A stretch of 64,000 nucleotides of DNA from Deinococcus sp. (GTDB lineage Bacteria > Deinococcota > Deinococci > Deinococcales > Deinococcaceae). Of this stretch, positions 32,441 through 44,411 are shown in pieces (the stretch's first letter is position 1; each line of letters starts with the position of its first letter). A program made the position numbers and the translations under genes. The stretch spans positions 1,664,001 to 1,728,000 of the forward strand of contig OZ253375.1 of NCBI GenBank assembly GCA_965261005.1, written 5' to 3'. Below the pieces are notes generated by a model. The model did no database searches. It had not been told where the DNA came from and worked only from the letters and a program-made list of their open reading frames with translations.

Positions 32441-32875
32441 TCAGGCTTCCAAACCGCGCACCAACTCACGCCAGCGGGTCTCGGTCTCGCGGACCTTGGG
32501 CACGTTCCTCGCCCGTTCAAAACCGGCGCGAAAGGCGGCAAACTTGGCGTCGGCCGGGCTGAACAGGGCGCCCAGCGCCGCGCGCACGTCCTGCACGTTG
32601 CTCCCCGTCAGGGGCGCCTTGCTATCGGTCACCTCATCTAAGGTCGCCATCAGGCCCGAGAGCGGGCGCAGCCACTGAAAGTGCGGGTCGTTCAGCACCA
32701 GGTTGTAGAGGGCGAAGGGGCCGCCGATGGGGCCATGTTTGGCCTCGTACTCCCCCCTCGCCACGTCCAGCAAGGCCGCGTGAAAGTGGCGCAGGGCCGT
32801 CGAGAGGGCGCTCAGGTGAGAACGGGTCTGCGCGTCGGCAGCTTGGGCGCCGGCAGCTTGAGCGTCGGTGGACAT
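32441..32875 (-). CDS. Hypothetical helical protein
   Basis: TATCAT-6 nt-ATG start, typical codon usage, abuts pth. Confidence 0.75.
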   Translation of the reverse strand: MSTDAQAAGAQAADAQTRSHLSALSTALRHFHAALLDVARGEYEAKHGPIGGPFALYNLVLNDPHFQWLRPLSGLMATLDEVTDSKAPLTGSNVQDVRAALGALFSPADAKFAAFRAGFERARNVPKVRETETRWRELVRGLEA

Positions 32876-32912
32876 GCCGACATGATAGCCGCCGTCCAGC
32901 TAAGCTCTCCCC

Positions 32913-33425
32913 ATGCTGTGCCGCCCCTTTTCTCAAAGCGACTTCGACGCCCTGGCCGCCCTCGACCTCGCCACGCTGCGCCGCGAGGACCCCAACTTCG
33001 ACGCCCTGCCAGAGCGCGAGCGTGAAGGTCGGACGCGCACCTCGCTGGCCGCCCTGCGCTTTTACGAGCGCAGCGAACACTCCTTTGTGGCCGTGCCAAG
33101 CCTAGGGGAGGTGGGGGTCGGGGAAGAGACCTTGCTGGGCGCCTTGTTCGCGCAGAGCGTGTGGCAGGGGGACCGCCCCAGCGTGCTGGTGACGCGGGTG
33201 TGGCTGGCGGCGGGGGCGCCGCCGGAAACCGGAACTGCCCTGCTGCGGGCCTGCACCAAGAGCGCCTACGACGCGGCCATCTACGAGGTTCACCTGCCGG
33301 TGACGCCGGAACTGCGGGCGGCGGCGGCGGCCGAGGGCTTCCGTGAGGTGGCCCGCCTCGCCGTGCGCCATTTGGGCAGCCGGGCGGAGGGCGCGCCGGG
33401 GAAAGCCCTATCACCCGGCCCTTAA
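32913..33425 (+). CDS. DUF1999-like GNAT-fold protein
   Basis: ALRFYERSEHSFVA, AQSVWQGD, KSAYDAAIYEV. Confidence 0.8.
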   Translation: MLCRPFSQSDFDALAALDLATLRREDPNFDALPEREREGRTRTSLAALRFYERSEHSFVAVPSLGEVGVGEETLLGALFAQSVWQGDRPSVLVTRVWLAAGAPPETGTALLRACTKSAYDAAIYEVHLPVTPELRAAAAAEGFREVARLAVRHLGSRAEGAPGKALSPGP

Positions 33426-33445
33426 GAAAGCTTTAAACTGTCGGC

Positions 33446-33652
33446 ATGAATACCCGGGTGCTCATCGGCGTGCGCGGCATGACCAAGGAGGCCGGCGCGC
33501 GCATCGCCACCTTGTTGCTCGACCAGGGCGGCGTCACCAAGGCCATTCCCGACGACGGCCAGATCGAGGTTCACTACGACCCCTCCAGGCTGACCGTGAT
33601 GGATCTGCTGCGCACGGTACGCTCGCAAGGCTTTTTGGCGGGCATGTTGTAA
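33446..33652 (+). CDS. HMA-like small protein lacking CxxC
   Basis: VRGMT...V.YDP..LT..GF pattern; TAAACT-6 nt-ATG. Confidence 0.7.
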   Translation: MNTRVLIGVRGMTKEAGARIATLLLDQGGVTKAIPDDGQIEVHYDPSRLTVMDLLRTVRSQGFLAGML

Positions 33653-33671
33653 AAGCCGCTACCCTACACCC

Positions 33672-33989
33672 ATGCTCGGCTACGTCGGAATCTACACCTG
33701 CCGCCTGGAACTGCCCTGGGTGGGCAACCTCAAGGAAAAGCGCGCCTTGATTCGCCCCGTCACCGAGCGGCTCAAGGCGCGCTTTCCGGTGTCGGTGGCG
33801 CGCCTGGACGGCCTCGACCGACACACCTGGGAAACCATCGGCGTGGTCACCATCTCCAGCGACCACGCCTGGGTGGAGGAAACGCTGCGCAAGGTGGCGG
33901 AGTTCGTGGCGGGCGGCGGCGAGTACGGCGTGGCGGACGAGACGACCGAGATCATGGCGCTCGGCGACGCGGACGATTGGGAAAGCTAG
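33672..33989 (+). CDS. DUF503 family protein
   Basis: [21 protein letters not shown]. Confidence 0.88.
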   Translation: MLGYVGIYTCRLELPWVGNLKEKRALIRPVTERLKARFPVSVARLDGLDRHTWETIGVVTISSDHAWVEETLRKVAEFVAGGGEYGVADETTEIMALGDADDWES

Positions 33990-33991
33990 CT

Positions 33992-34765
33992 TTACTTCGC
34001 ACTCAGCTCCGTCTTGAGTTTTTGAAAGGCGGGCGGGCGGCTGAGCAGACGCCAGTTGAGCTGGTTGGGACCGCTGAAGGTCACGCCGTTCTCGGCCGAG
34101 ATGGCGCCGCAGGGATACTGGGCGTTCGCCTTGCGCAGAATGGGCCAGATGACCACGGCGGCGCGCCCCGCGATGTCGCGCAGCGGAATGGGGCCGAATA
34201 AGCGCGAGTCCTCACTGCCGCCCGCCGTGCGGTTGTCGCCCATCATGAAGTATTGCCCGGCGGGCACCGTGAAGGTCTTTTGGGTCTGCTCGATGCCGGC
34301 CGGGTTGGCGACCTGCGCGTTGTTGGCGATCTCGCTTTGGGTGTCCCAGCAGCCTTGGCTTTGCCAGTAGGTGGTGGTGAAGCCGCCGTTCAGCTTCCGG
34401 CCGTTGACCGACACCTCGCCCCCGTCAATGCGAATTGTGTCGCCGGGCAAGCCGATCAGGCGCTTGATCAGAAAGGGCCGGAAGGTCCACAGCCCCAGAA
34501 AGGAGCGCGTCTCGGCCACGGCGGGCGGCTTGAAGATCAGGATGTCGCCGCGCTGAAAGTTGCCGACGCCGATTTTGTGCAGCCAGGTTTCGTACTTGGG
34601 CACCAGGACGCGCTCGTGGTTGCGCAAGTTGGGCATCATGCTCACGCCGTCCACGCCAACCAGGGTGGCCACAAACTGGGTGATCACCACGGCGAAGACA
34701 ATCGGTTCCAAAAATTCCCGCCACAAGCGCACGAAGAAGTTGGCGGAACGGGTGGGTCTGCTCAT
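33992..34765 (-). CDS. lepB: Signal peptidase I
   Basis: [34 protein letters not shown]. Confidence 0.95.
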   Translation of the reverse strand: MSRPTRSANFFVRLWREFLEPIVFAVVITQFVATLVGVDGVSMMPNLRNHERVLVPKYETWLHKIGVGNFQRGDILIFKPPAVAETRSFLGLWTFRPFLIKRLIGLPGDTIRIDGGEVSVNGRKLNGGFTTTYWQSQGCWDTQSEIANNAQVANPAGIEQTQKTFTVPAGQYFMMGDNRTAGGSEDSRLFGPIPLRDIAGRAAVVIWPILRKANAQYPCGAISAENGVTFSGPNQLNWRLLSRPPAFQKLKTELSAK

Positions 34766-34869
34766 GCGTCTCCTTATAGCCGAAAAACGGCCAGGGGAAG
34801 CATAGCAGCCGGGCAAACCAACGCCGGAAGGAAGCACCCGCGCCCCAATCTGATGTACCGTGCTCTGGG

Positions 34870-35622
34870 ATGCCGCTTGCCGGAACGCTCGTGGATGGGC
34901 GCTACCGTCTGGTGCGACCGTTGGGGCACGGGGCGAGCAGCGTCGTGTACTTCGCGGTGGGCACCGACGGGTTGCCTTACGCCGTCAAACTGTTTCCGCC
35001 CGAGCTGGCCGCCCGCGCCGAGCGCGAGTTTGCCACGGCGGCGGGCTTTGCCCACCCGCGCATCGGGCAGGTGTTCGCACAGGTGGAGGTGGACGGCCGG
35101 CCGGGCCTGATTCTCAGCTTCGCGCGCGGGCGGGTGCTGTTTCGGCGCTACACCCGGCGGCCCGCCCTCGCCTCAGAGCGCCGGGCCTACCTGCTGACCC
35201 TGGCCCACCTGCTCGACGCGCTGGCCTATCTACACGCGCGGGGCGTCGTTCACCGCGACCTCAAGCCCGAGAATGTCATGGTGGACCCGGACGGCGGCGC
35301 CACCTTGGTGGATTTCGACCTTTCCGGGCCGGTCAGCGAGCGCTTCGCCTCGCCGCTGCGCATCGGCACCCTGGCCTTTCAGTCCCCCGAGGCGGCGCGC
35401 GGAGAGCCGGTCACGCCGCAAGGCGACCTCTACGGCGTCGGGCTGCTGCTCTACTGGGGCCTGCACGGCGAGCTGCCGCTGGACGACGCCCCGCTGCAAA
35501 GCTCGGACGACCCCCTGGAAGCCTTGCGCGCCGCCCTGATGGCCCCCGCCCCGGAGGACCGCCCGGCGTCGGCGGCCGAGGCGCGCGTACGCCTGCTGGA
35601 ATTGGCCGCGCTGGGGTATTAA
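34870..35622 (+). CDS. Hanks-type Ser/Thr protein kinase
   Basis: [28 protein letters not shown]. Confidence 0.92.
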   Translation: MPLAGTLVDGRYRLVRPLGHGASSVVYFAVGTDGLPYAVKLFPPELAARAEREFATAAGFAHPRIGQVFAQVEVDGRPGLILSFARGRVLFRRYTRRPALASERRAYLLTLAHLLDALAYLHARGVVHRDLKPENVMVDPDGGATLVDFDLSGPVSERFASPLRIGTLAFQSPEAARGEPVTPQGDLYGVGLLLYWGLHGELPLDDAPLQSSDDPLEALRAALMAPAPEDRPASAAEARVRLLELAALGY

Positions 35623-35653
35623 CAAGGTATCCGAAGAGGATTCGTTTACTGAC

Positions 35654-36343
35654 TTGCTGATCGTTCAAGACGGGCGCTCGGGGGCCGCCACAGCACGTCT
35701 CAAGACGCCGAACGGTGAACCTGAAACGCTCCGCGCCGCCACGCGCGAGGCCGCCGGGGTGGACGTTTTTGTGCTACACGACGGCGGCTTGCATATGGGC
35801 TGCCCGGGATACCGCTTCGCGGACTTACCGGCGCGGGCAGGGCGGCTGCTCGGGGACGCGGGAACGCTGCGGGGCTGGGGGCTGAAAGACGAACAGGTGG
35901 GGCACTTGGCCGAACTGCTGCCAAATATTTTGAACGCACACGCCCGGGTCTCCGCTTTGGCATTGCCCGACCTGAGCGCACACGGCGACGCCCACCCCAG
36001 GAACGCCCTGAGCGGCGGCCTGTGGTTCGATTGGAGCGAGGCGCAAGTCGCGCACCCCTTTCTGGACGCCGGCTGGTTCTTCGCCTTTCTGGCCCACCCG
36101 GCACGGGGAGACCTGCCTTTGCGAAAAGAGAATCCGCAGATCGTCGAGCAGCTTTGGGCCGCTTACCTGACAGCCCTCGACATGTCCGAAGCCGCCAACC
36201 TGCTGCCAGACGCCATGCGACTCGCCCTGATCCACCGCGCCGCCGTCTATCATGACCGCTTCGAGCGCTGGACGGGCACGCTGCCGGGGTGGCGGCCCAA
36301 CTACGTGCCGTACTACCTCAAGCTGCTCCTGTACTCGAAATAG
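35654..36343 (+). CDS. APH/choline kinase-like phosphotransferase, possibly internally deleted
   Basis: HGDAHPRN and FDWSEA..AHPFLD motifs; N-lobe looks short. Confidence 0.6.
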   Translation: MLIVQDGRSGAATARLKTPNGEPETLRAATREAAGVDVFVLHDGGLHMGCPGYRFADLPARAGRLLGDAGTLRGWGLKDEQVGHLAELLPNILNAHARVSALALPDLSAHGDAHPRNALSGGLWFDWSEAQVAHPFLDAGWFFAFLAHPARGDLPLRKENPQIVEQLWAAYLTALDMSEAANLLPDAMRLALIHRAAVYHDRFERWTGTLPGWRPNYVPYYLKLLLYSK

Positions 36344-36347
36344 AAGC

Positions 36348-36369
36348 GGCCCCGCAGTACTGCGGGGCC
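36348..36369. repeat. Perfect 22-bp palindrome GGCCCCGCAGTACTGCGGGGCC
   Basis: Directly after a stop codon; terminator or REP-like. Confidence 0.6.
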
Positions 36370-36421
36370 TGTCCTTCCTTTGGCACCACCCAGGGTCAGG
36401 CGAGAGGCGAGGGCCTACAAG

Positions 36422-36551
36422 CCCGGAGCGTTTGTCCATTCCGTTGCGAGACTTCAGCTTCGCTTCCGTCTCTCCACTCCATTGCCAAGCGCTCTTCCGT
36501 TGCTACTCGTTCCACTCGGGAAGGATTGAGAAAAGCGCTCAATCCTTCCCG
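36422..36551. repeat. Structured non-coding element, possibly a Deinococcus SNR-type repeat
   Basis: 14-bp stem CGGGAAGGATTGAG/CTCAATCCTTCCCG (36517-36551); TACTCGTTCCACTCGG module resembles the element at 57461. Confidence 0.45.
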
Positions 36552-36559
36552 CAATGGTT

Positions 36560-36703
36560 TTAGTGGAGCATGTGGAACAACTCCACGAGCAGCTTTACCA
36601 GCGTGAGCACGCTGACCAGGGCCGAGACCCAAGCCAGCAAACGCTTCACTAGCGCCTTACGGCGTTTTTTGCTAAGCTGTCGGTGCTGAGAGAGTTGTTT
36701 CAT
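36560..36703 (-). CDS. 47-aa basic, single-TM small protein
   Basis: MKQLSQHRQLSKKRRKALVKRLLAWVSALVSVLTLVKLLVELFHMLH. Confidence 0.5.
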   Translation of the reverse strand: MKQLSQHRQLSKKRRKALVKRLLAWVSALVSVLTLVKLLVELFHMLH

Positions 36704-36828
36704 CGTTTCCGCCCGCGAGGTTGCTACCCTTGCGGGCGGCTCCTTTCGTGGGATGCGATGACGCTCCCTCAAACACGCTGACCCTGGTTGTCATGCGGCG
36801 CGTCCAGAAAGACGTTTTGAATGTACCA

Positions 36829-37842
36829 TCAAAGCCCGAGCAACGGTGCCTGCGCGCTTTCCAGCAGCGCCAGCGCCTTTTGGTCGAGGCGGGCCAGCGC
36901 CTTGTCCGACACCACTTCCAGGGGCAAGTCGGCCTCGGCGGCGTAGACCCGCAGGGTCACTTGGCGGTGCGTCATGGCGTGCTGCACCGTGCCCAGAAAG
37001 CGCGGTGACTTCGCCTTCAGCCTGGCGAGCAACCGCTCCAGAGCGACCTCTTCCCCATCTTCAATCGGCTCGACCGGCAGACCGGACAGCCCGCCCAGCA
37101 GGGTGCCGGGGCGGGTTTCCAGGTAGGCCCGCCCACCTTTCCCGATCACCAGCGCGACCGCCGCCACCTCTCGAACGCTCGCGCGCTTTTTTGGGGCCGG
37201 GTAGGCGTCCGGCTCGCCGCTTTGAAAGGCCAGGCACAGCGTTCGCAGCGGGCAAAGTGGGCAGTGCGGGCTTTTGGGCGTGCAGACAGTGGCGCCGAGG
37301 TCCATCACCGCCTCGTTCCAACGGCCGGGGTCGGGCGCGTACAAGAGGGCGTCCGCGCGTTCCTGCACCCAGCCGTCTCGCGGCTCACGCCGGGCGTACA
37401 GGCGGGCCAATACCCGGCGCACGTTGCCGTCCACCACCGCCCGCCCTTCGCCGTGGGCGATGCTGGCGGCAGCCGCCGCCGTATAGGGTCCCACGCCGGG
37501 CAGGGCCAGCCAGCCCGCGTAGTCGTGGGGAAAGCCTTGAACGGCGATCAACTTGGCCGCCGCGTGCAGGTTGCGGGCGCGGGCGTAGTAGCCGCACCCC
37601 TCCCAGGCTTTAAGGACCGCCTCCTGTGGCGCCCTGGCGAGGGCCTGCACGTCCGGGAAAGCTTCCAGAAAGCGCCCGAAGTACCCGCGCCCGCGCGCCA
37701 CCTGGGTCTGCTGAAGCAGCACCTCGGCAATCCAGACGCGGTAGGGGTCGCGCCGGCCGTCCGGCCCCGTTTCTCGCCAAGGCAAGCTGCGGGCGTGGCG
37801 GCCGAACCAAGCGAGCAGCAGGGGCTGAAGCTGTTCTGACAT
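36829..37842 (-). CDS. mutY: A/G-specific adenine glycosylase
   Basis: PYRVWIAEVLLQQTQV, GYYARARNL, LPGVGPYTA, VDGNVRRV, CTPKSPHCPLCPL FeS motif. Confidence 0.95.
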   Translation of the reverse strand: MSEQLQPLLLAWFGRHARSLPWRETGPDGRRDPYRVWIAEVLLQQTQVARGRGYFGRFLEAFPDVQALARAPQEAVLKAWEGCGYYARARNLHAAAKLIAVQGFPHDYAGWLALPGVGPYTAAAAASIAHGEGRAVVDGNVRRVLARLYARREPRDGWVQERADALLYAPDPGRWNEAVMDLGATVCTPKSPHCPLCPLRTLCLAFQSGEPDAYPAPKKRASVREVAAVALVIGKGGRAYLETRPGTLLGGLSGLPVEPIEDGEEVALERLLARLKAKSPRFLGTVQHAMTHRQVTLRVYAAEADLPLEVVSDKALARLDQKALALLESAQAPLLGL

Positions 37843-37925
37843 GCGCGCGAAGTATAGTAAAGAAAGCCGCACGCGACCGTACCGCCCCTCCTCTTAATGA
37901 CTCAGCCCATGACCATCCCTGATGT

Positions 37926-38597
37926 ATGACCACCAAGGACCTACCCCTGCCCGACACATTGGCCTTTATCACCGAGGCCGACTACTCGACCAACACCGCC
38001 AACAGCCTGATCCACTTGTACCGGGCCGAGGTGGGCAAGATGGTCGCGTACCGCGGCCGGCTGGACACCACCACCAACTGGTCCATCGTGACGACGGCCG
38101 GCCTCACCTCCTTCGCGCTGGGCAGCCGCGACAACAGCCACGCCATCTTCCTGTTCGCGATGTTCATGGTCTACTTCTTTTTGCATCTAGAGGCGCGGCG
38201 CTTTCGCACCTTCGAGATTTCGCACCATAGGGTCCGCATCATGGAGCGCTTCTTTTATCCGGCCATGCTGGGTGACAAGGTGGACCCCTCGTGGCACCAG
38301 CTGCTTCTGGGCGAGCTGGCCAAGCCGCGCAGCCCGATTCCGCGCGCCGAGGCGCTGGGCTGGCGGCTGCGGCGCAACTACCTGTGGATTTACGCGGCGG
38401 TGCTGATCGCCTGGATCGCCAAGCTCGATTTGCTGCGCGATCCCGGCGCGAGGCCCACCTTCGCGGGCTTTTTGCAGCTCGCCTCGATTGGCACCTTGCC
38501 CGGCCCCATCGTGGTGCTGCTGGTCGTGGCCTTTTACGCCTTTTTGATTCGCCTCGCGGTGCGCGCGGTGCGGCACTATCCTTTGGAGCAGGATTAA
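37926..38597 (+). CDS. DUF2270 membrane protein
   Basis: [26 protein letters not shown]. Confidence 0.85.
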   Translation: MTTKDLPLPDTLAFITEADYSTNTANSLIHLYRAEVGKMVAYRGRLDTTTNWSIVTTAGLTSFALGSRDNSHAIFLFAMFMVYFFLHLEARRFRTFEISHHRVRIMERFFYPAMLGDKVDPSWHQLLLGELAKPRSPIPRAEALGWRLRRNYLWIYAAVLIAWIAKLDLLRDPGARPTFAGFLQLASIGTLPGPIVVLLVVAFYAFLIRLAVRAVRHYPLEQD

Positions 38598-38623
38598 CGG
38601 GACCAAGCTTGTAGACTCCTCGT

Positions 38624-39085
38624 ATGTCCCTCAGTCCACAAGAGTTCCGCCAAACGCTGGGCCGCTGGGCCAGCGGCGTGACCGTCGTGACCTGCCTGCA
38701 CGCCGGAGAGCGGCGCGGCATGACCGCCAGCGCCTTTTTGTCGGTGTCCCTCGACCCGCCGCTGATCCTGGTGTCGGTGGACCGTGGGGCGCACATGCAC
38801 GCCGTCATGGAAGAAGTGGAGCGCTTCGGCGTCAGCGTGCTGGGCGCCCGACAGCGCGCACTGAGCGACCATTTCGCGCGGCGCAGCGGTGAATTGGAGG
38901 TGCCGTGGGGCGACCTGGCCGGGCTGCCGGTCTTGAATGGGGCGGTGGCGCAGCTCGCCTGCCGCGTGTTTGAAAAGCGTGGCGCGGGCGACCACACCCT
39001 CTTCGTCGGCGAGGTGCAAGACGCCCGCTACACCGACGACGACCCGCTGCTGTACTTCAGGGGCCAGTACCACGAGCTGGGCTGA
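38624..39085 (+). CDS. Flavin reductase (HpaC/NtaB-like)
   Basis: ASGVTVVT, SVSLDPPL, GDHTLFVGEV, PLLYFRG. Confidence 0.93.
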   Translation: MSLSPQEFRQTLGRWASGVTVVTCLHAGERRGMTASAFLSVSLDPPLILVSVDRGAHMHAVMEEVERFGVSVLGARQRALSDHFARRSGELEVPWGDLAGLPVLNGAVAQLACRVFEKRGAGDHTLFVGEVQDARYTDDDPLLYFRGQYHELG

Positions 39086-39087
39086 GG

Positions 39088-39570
39088 TCAGCTTGAGGCC
39101 GCTGCGGCGCCAGAGTTGTCGTCCTCAAGCGCCTTGAAACCGAGGATGGCAGCGAGCAACGCGATCTCGGGCGGCGCGTCAAAGTGGATGTTCACGTCCT
39201 GGCCGTCAAAACGGCCGCCGAAGCGACCGGAAAGCTTGGCGCCCGCGAATTCGAGCGCAATGTCCTTGCCGATGGTCTCGCCGCCGAGCCGGCCGCGCGC
39301 CGAGCTTCCCACAATGTCCGCCCGCACGTCCTCGCCGACAGCGGCGCCCCCGAGCCGCACATCGAGGCCCTGCTCCGAGACCCGTCCTGACACGTCGAAA
39401 CCGTCGAAGCTGCCCCCCACGCGGCCGAAGACCACGCCCGCCTGACAGCGCAGGGCCACGTCCTTGCCGCTGAAATAGCCGCCGAGCCGGCCCGCCAGCG
39501 TCTCACCATTCCACGTCAGGTTCACGTCGTAGCCCGCCGCCATGCCACCGATTCTGCCGCTCACGTTCAT
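39088..39570 (-). CDS. Hypothetical protein with six GRxGGxxxGxDV repeats
   Basis: Repeats visible in the translation; C-terminal hydrophobic helix. Confidence 0.75.
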   Translation of the reverse strand: MNVSGRIGGMAAGYDVNLTWNGETLAGRLGGYFSGKDVALRCQAGVVFGRVGGSFDGFDVSGRVSEQGLDVRLGGAAVGEDVRADIVGSSARGRLGGETIGKDIALEFAGAKLSGRFGGRFDGQDVNIHFDAPPEIALLAAILGFKALEDDNSGAAAASS

Positions 39571-39643
39571 GCTTATACCTACGCGGCCCTATGCCCGAAG
39601 GTTGCCGTGCAGCGGGGCCAGGCGCTGACCCCCTCCAACTTGT

Positions 39644-40348
39644 TCAAGCGCGCTTTCCCAGCTTGAACGGGTTGAAATCGGTTTTGCGGTCGAACACGTC
39701 CACGCCCTCGGCGCGCTTGAGAAAGCCCACGGCGGCGTAGGTCGCCGGCGTCAGCACGATTTCCAGCCCCACCTTGTACAGGTAGTTGAACAAGACCAGC
39801 CCCCACAGCACCCCCCACGGCAGCACGCCCGCAAAGGCGACCAAGCTGAAGACCAGCGTGTCCACCCCCTGTCCGACCAGGGTGGAGCCGATGGTCCGGG
39901 TCCACAGCCACCTGCCGTTCGTGGCGATCTTGAGCTTGGCGAGGACGTAGGAGTTCAGGAACTCGCCCACGAAAAAGGCCAGCGTCGAGGCCAGCACGAT
40001 GCGCGGCACGAAGCCCAGCACGACCTCAAAGGCTCCCCCCGTCGGGCTGTCGGGGGAGGTCGGCAACCCCGCGACCAGGGCGAAGGTCAGGCTGGCGAGC
40101 AAGTTCATGGCGAGGCCGAACCAGATCACCCGCCTGGAGCGGGCGTAGCCGTACACCTCGGTCAGCACGTCGCCGAAGATGTAGGTCAGCGGGAACAAAA
40201 ACGTGCCGCCGTCGAAGGCGGGGCGCCAGAAACCCAAATTGACGGTCGCGGTCTTGGTAGAGGCGACGTTGGAGATCACCAGCACCACCGCAAAGGCGCC
40301 CAGGATCAAATCGAAGTAGCGAAAACGGGGGCTTGCATTGCTTGTCAT
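39644..40348 (-). CDS. Queuosine precursor transporter (YhhQ/VUT family)
   Basis: FPLTYIFGDVLTEVYG, PRIVLAS, RTIGSTLVGQ.VDT. Confidence 0.9.
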   Translation of the reverse strand: MTSNASPRFRYFDLILGAFAVVLVISNVASTKTATVNLGFWRPAFDGGTFLFPLTYIFGDVLTEVYGYARSRRVIWFGLAMNLLASLTFALVAGLPTSPDSPTGGAFEVVLGFVPRIVLASTLAFFVGEFLNSYVLAKLKIATNGRWLWTRTIGSTLVGQGVDTLVFSLVAFAGVLPWGVLWGLVLFNYLYKVGLEIVLTPATYAAVGFLKRAEGVDVFDRKTDFNPFKLGKRA

Positions 40349-40399
40349 CTGAAGCTCCTTCCGGCTGACCGGCGAAACAGGCCGGGGCCGAGGAGGAGT

Positions 40400-40732
40400 T
40401 TAGAGCGGCGAGGCGCGTTTGGGCAGGTCTTTTTCCAGCCGCCCGCGCTCCCAGGAAAAGACCCGCTTGAGGACAGTCCTGAGCGCCAGCGTGACCACGA
40501 ACAGGCCGATCTGGTTCCAAGTCAGCACGCCGGCCAGTTTCAGCAGCGCCGCCGCGACCTTGAAGTTGAGGCCCGCGATCACGCCGTCGGCGATCAGCAG
40601 GCGGGTGCGGGTCACGTCGCGGCGGGCGAGCTGCCACAGCGCGCCCAGCACGTAGCCGAGGATGATCAGGCTGCCCACCACCTCGATCAGGACGGCGAAG
40701 GTGTAAAAGGAGATCAGCTCAAGTGCGGACAT
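40400..40732 (-). CDS. DUF1622 family membrane protein
   Basis: GLNFKVAAALLK..TWNQIG..LRTVL. Confidence 0.75.
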   Translation of the reverse strand: MSALELISFYTFAVLIEVVGSLIILGYVLGALWQLARRDVTRTRLLIADGVIAGLNFKVAAALLKLAGVLTWNQIGLFVVTLALRTVLKRVFSWERGRLEKDLPKRASPL

Positions 40733-41105
40733 TCTGGCGGTTGGTCGGCCGGTCCGGCTGGGCCGCCTGCTCGCGGGCGTTACGCTGGATTTCCTGTTCC
40801 AGGAAGTAATTCAGCAGCGTCCTGAGGGTGGCGATGGCGGCCAGCTTGCCGATCTCGTTCCAGGTGGGCGCAATCGCCGTGCGCAGGATGTCGGCGGCCA
40901 GCTCGAACTCCAACGCCACCGCCAGCCAGCGCGCCAGGCGCAGCCGCACGTTCTCCTTGGCGTTGTCGGGGGCGGCCGGGCGCGCGAAGAAGATTCTCAG
41001 GCCCCGCCAAGTCGCCTCGACGGCCGCGAAGACGATCAGCACGCCCGCCGCCGCCTCCACCGCGATGGCGGCGTAGGAGGTCCACAACTTCACGACTTCT
41101 TCCAT
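40719..41105 (-). CDS. DUF1622 family membrane protein
   Basis: ALEFELAADILRTAIAPTWNEIG..LRTLLNYFL. Confidence 0.85.
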   Translation of the reverse strand: MEEVVKLWTSYAAIAVEAAAGVLIVFAAVEATWRGLRIFFARPAAPDNAKENVRLRLARWLAVALEFELAADILRTAIAPTWNEIGKLAAIATLRTLLNYFLEQEIQRNAREQAAQPDRPTNRQNVRT

Positions 41106-41355
41106 GCTGAGCCGAGCCTAGCGCCGGTTCACGAATCCCGCCTGAACGTGGCCTTGAGCCGCCCGTTAATGCCCCACGTTCACACAGTCGCCCCTTAAAC
41201 GCGCGTGCTAGCGTCAGGACAGCATTCCGCTCCCTTTCCGCGCGGCAAATCCAAGGCGCCGCCAGTTCAAAAAAGTAATCGCAAAATGAGACTGCCGCTC
41301 TTCCTAGAGCCTGTTTTCCCAGAGCCTATCTTCAAATTCCCCTTTCGGAGGATTC

Positions 41356-42810
<1,455 letters not shown>

Positions 42811-42829
42811 TCAACACAAGGGATTGGTT

Positions 42830-42858
42830 GTAGGGGAGGGTCTGTAACCCTCCCCTAC
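42830..42858. repeat. GTAG-type REP-like palindrome
   Basis: GTAGGGGAGGGT-CTGTA-ACCCTCCCCTAC, a perfect 12-bp stem. Confidence 0.65.
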
Positions 42859-42900
42859 CGAGACGCAATCCCGCAATTCCGCCCAAATAGGGAGGCAGGT

Positions 42901-44133
<1,233 letters not shown>

Positions 44134-44140
44134 GGGAAGA

Positions 44141-44178
44141 CCCCCTCCCCAACCCCTCCCCCGCAGGGGGGGAGGGGC
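44141..44178 (+). repeat. Intergenic palindromic repeat, copy 4 (divergent)
   Basis: CCCCCTCCCCAACCCCTCCCCCGCAGGGGGGGAGGGGC; stem retained despite substitutions. Confidence 0.75.
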
Positions 44179-44228
44179 TTCTTGTATATTGAGTATGGAG
44201 ACCTAGTACCCTGCATGCAGGAGACACT

Positions 44229-44411
44229 ATGAAGATCACCGAGCACGACGCGCTACTGATCCTGCGCCCCGAGTTGCGCGACCCCGAGTCGGAGCGTCGC
44301 CGTCTGAACACGTTGGCGCGCAGCCAATGGTTGGAAAGTCTTGCCACGCCCGAGAATTTGCAAGCCGGGATTCCTTTGCCCGTCAGTTCCAAAAAAGCCA
44401 AACAGCGGTGA
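44229..44411 (+). CDS. 60-aa putative antitoxin of unrecognised family
   Basis: AGGAG RBS; GTGA overlap with the GNAT; paralog at 10193-10372. Confidence 0.78.
   Translation: MKITEHDALLILRPELRDPESERRRLNTLARSQWLESLATPENLQAGIPLPVSSKKAKQR

Noticed and set aside
40349..40400. preQ1 riboswitch upstream of the queuosine precursor transporter
   Set aside because: The roughly 50-nt GC-rich gap lacks the stem-loop and A-rich tail of preQ1-I.
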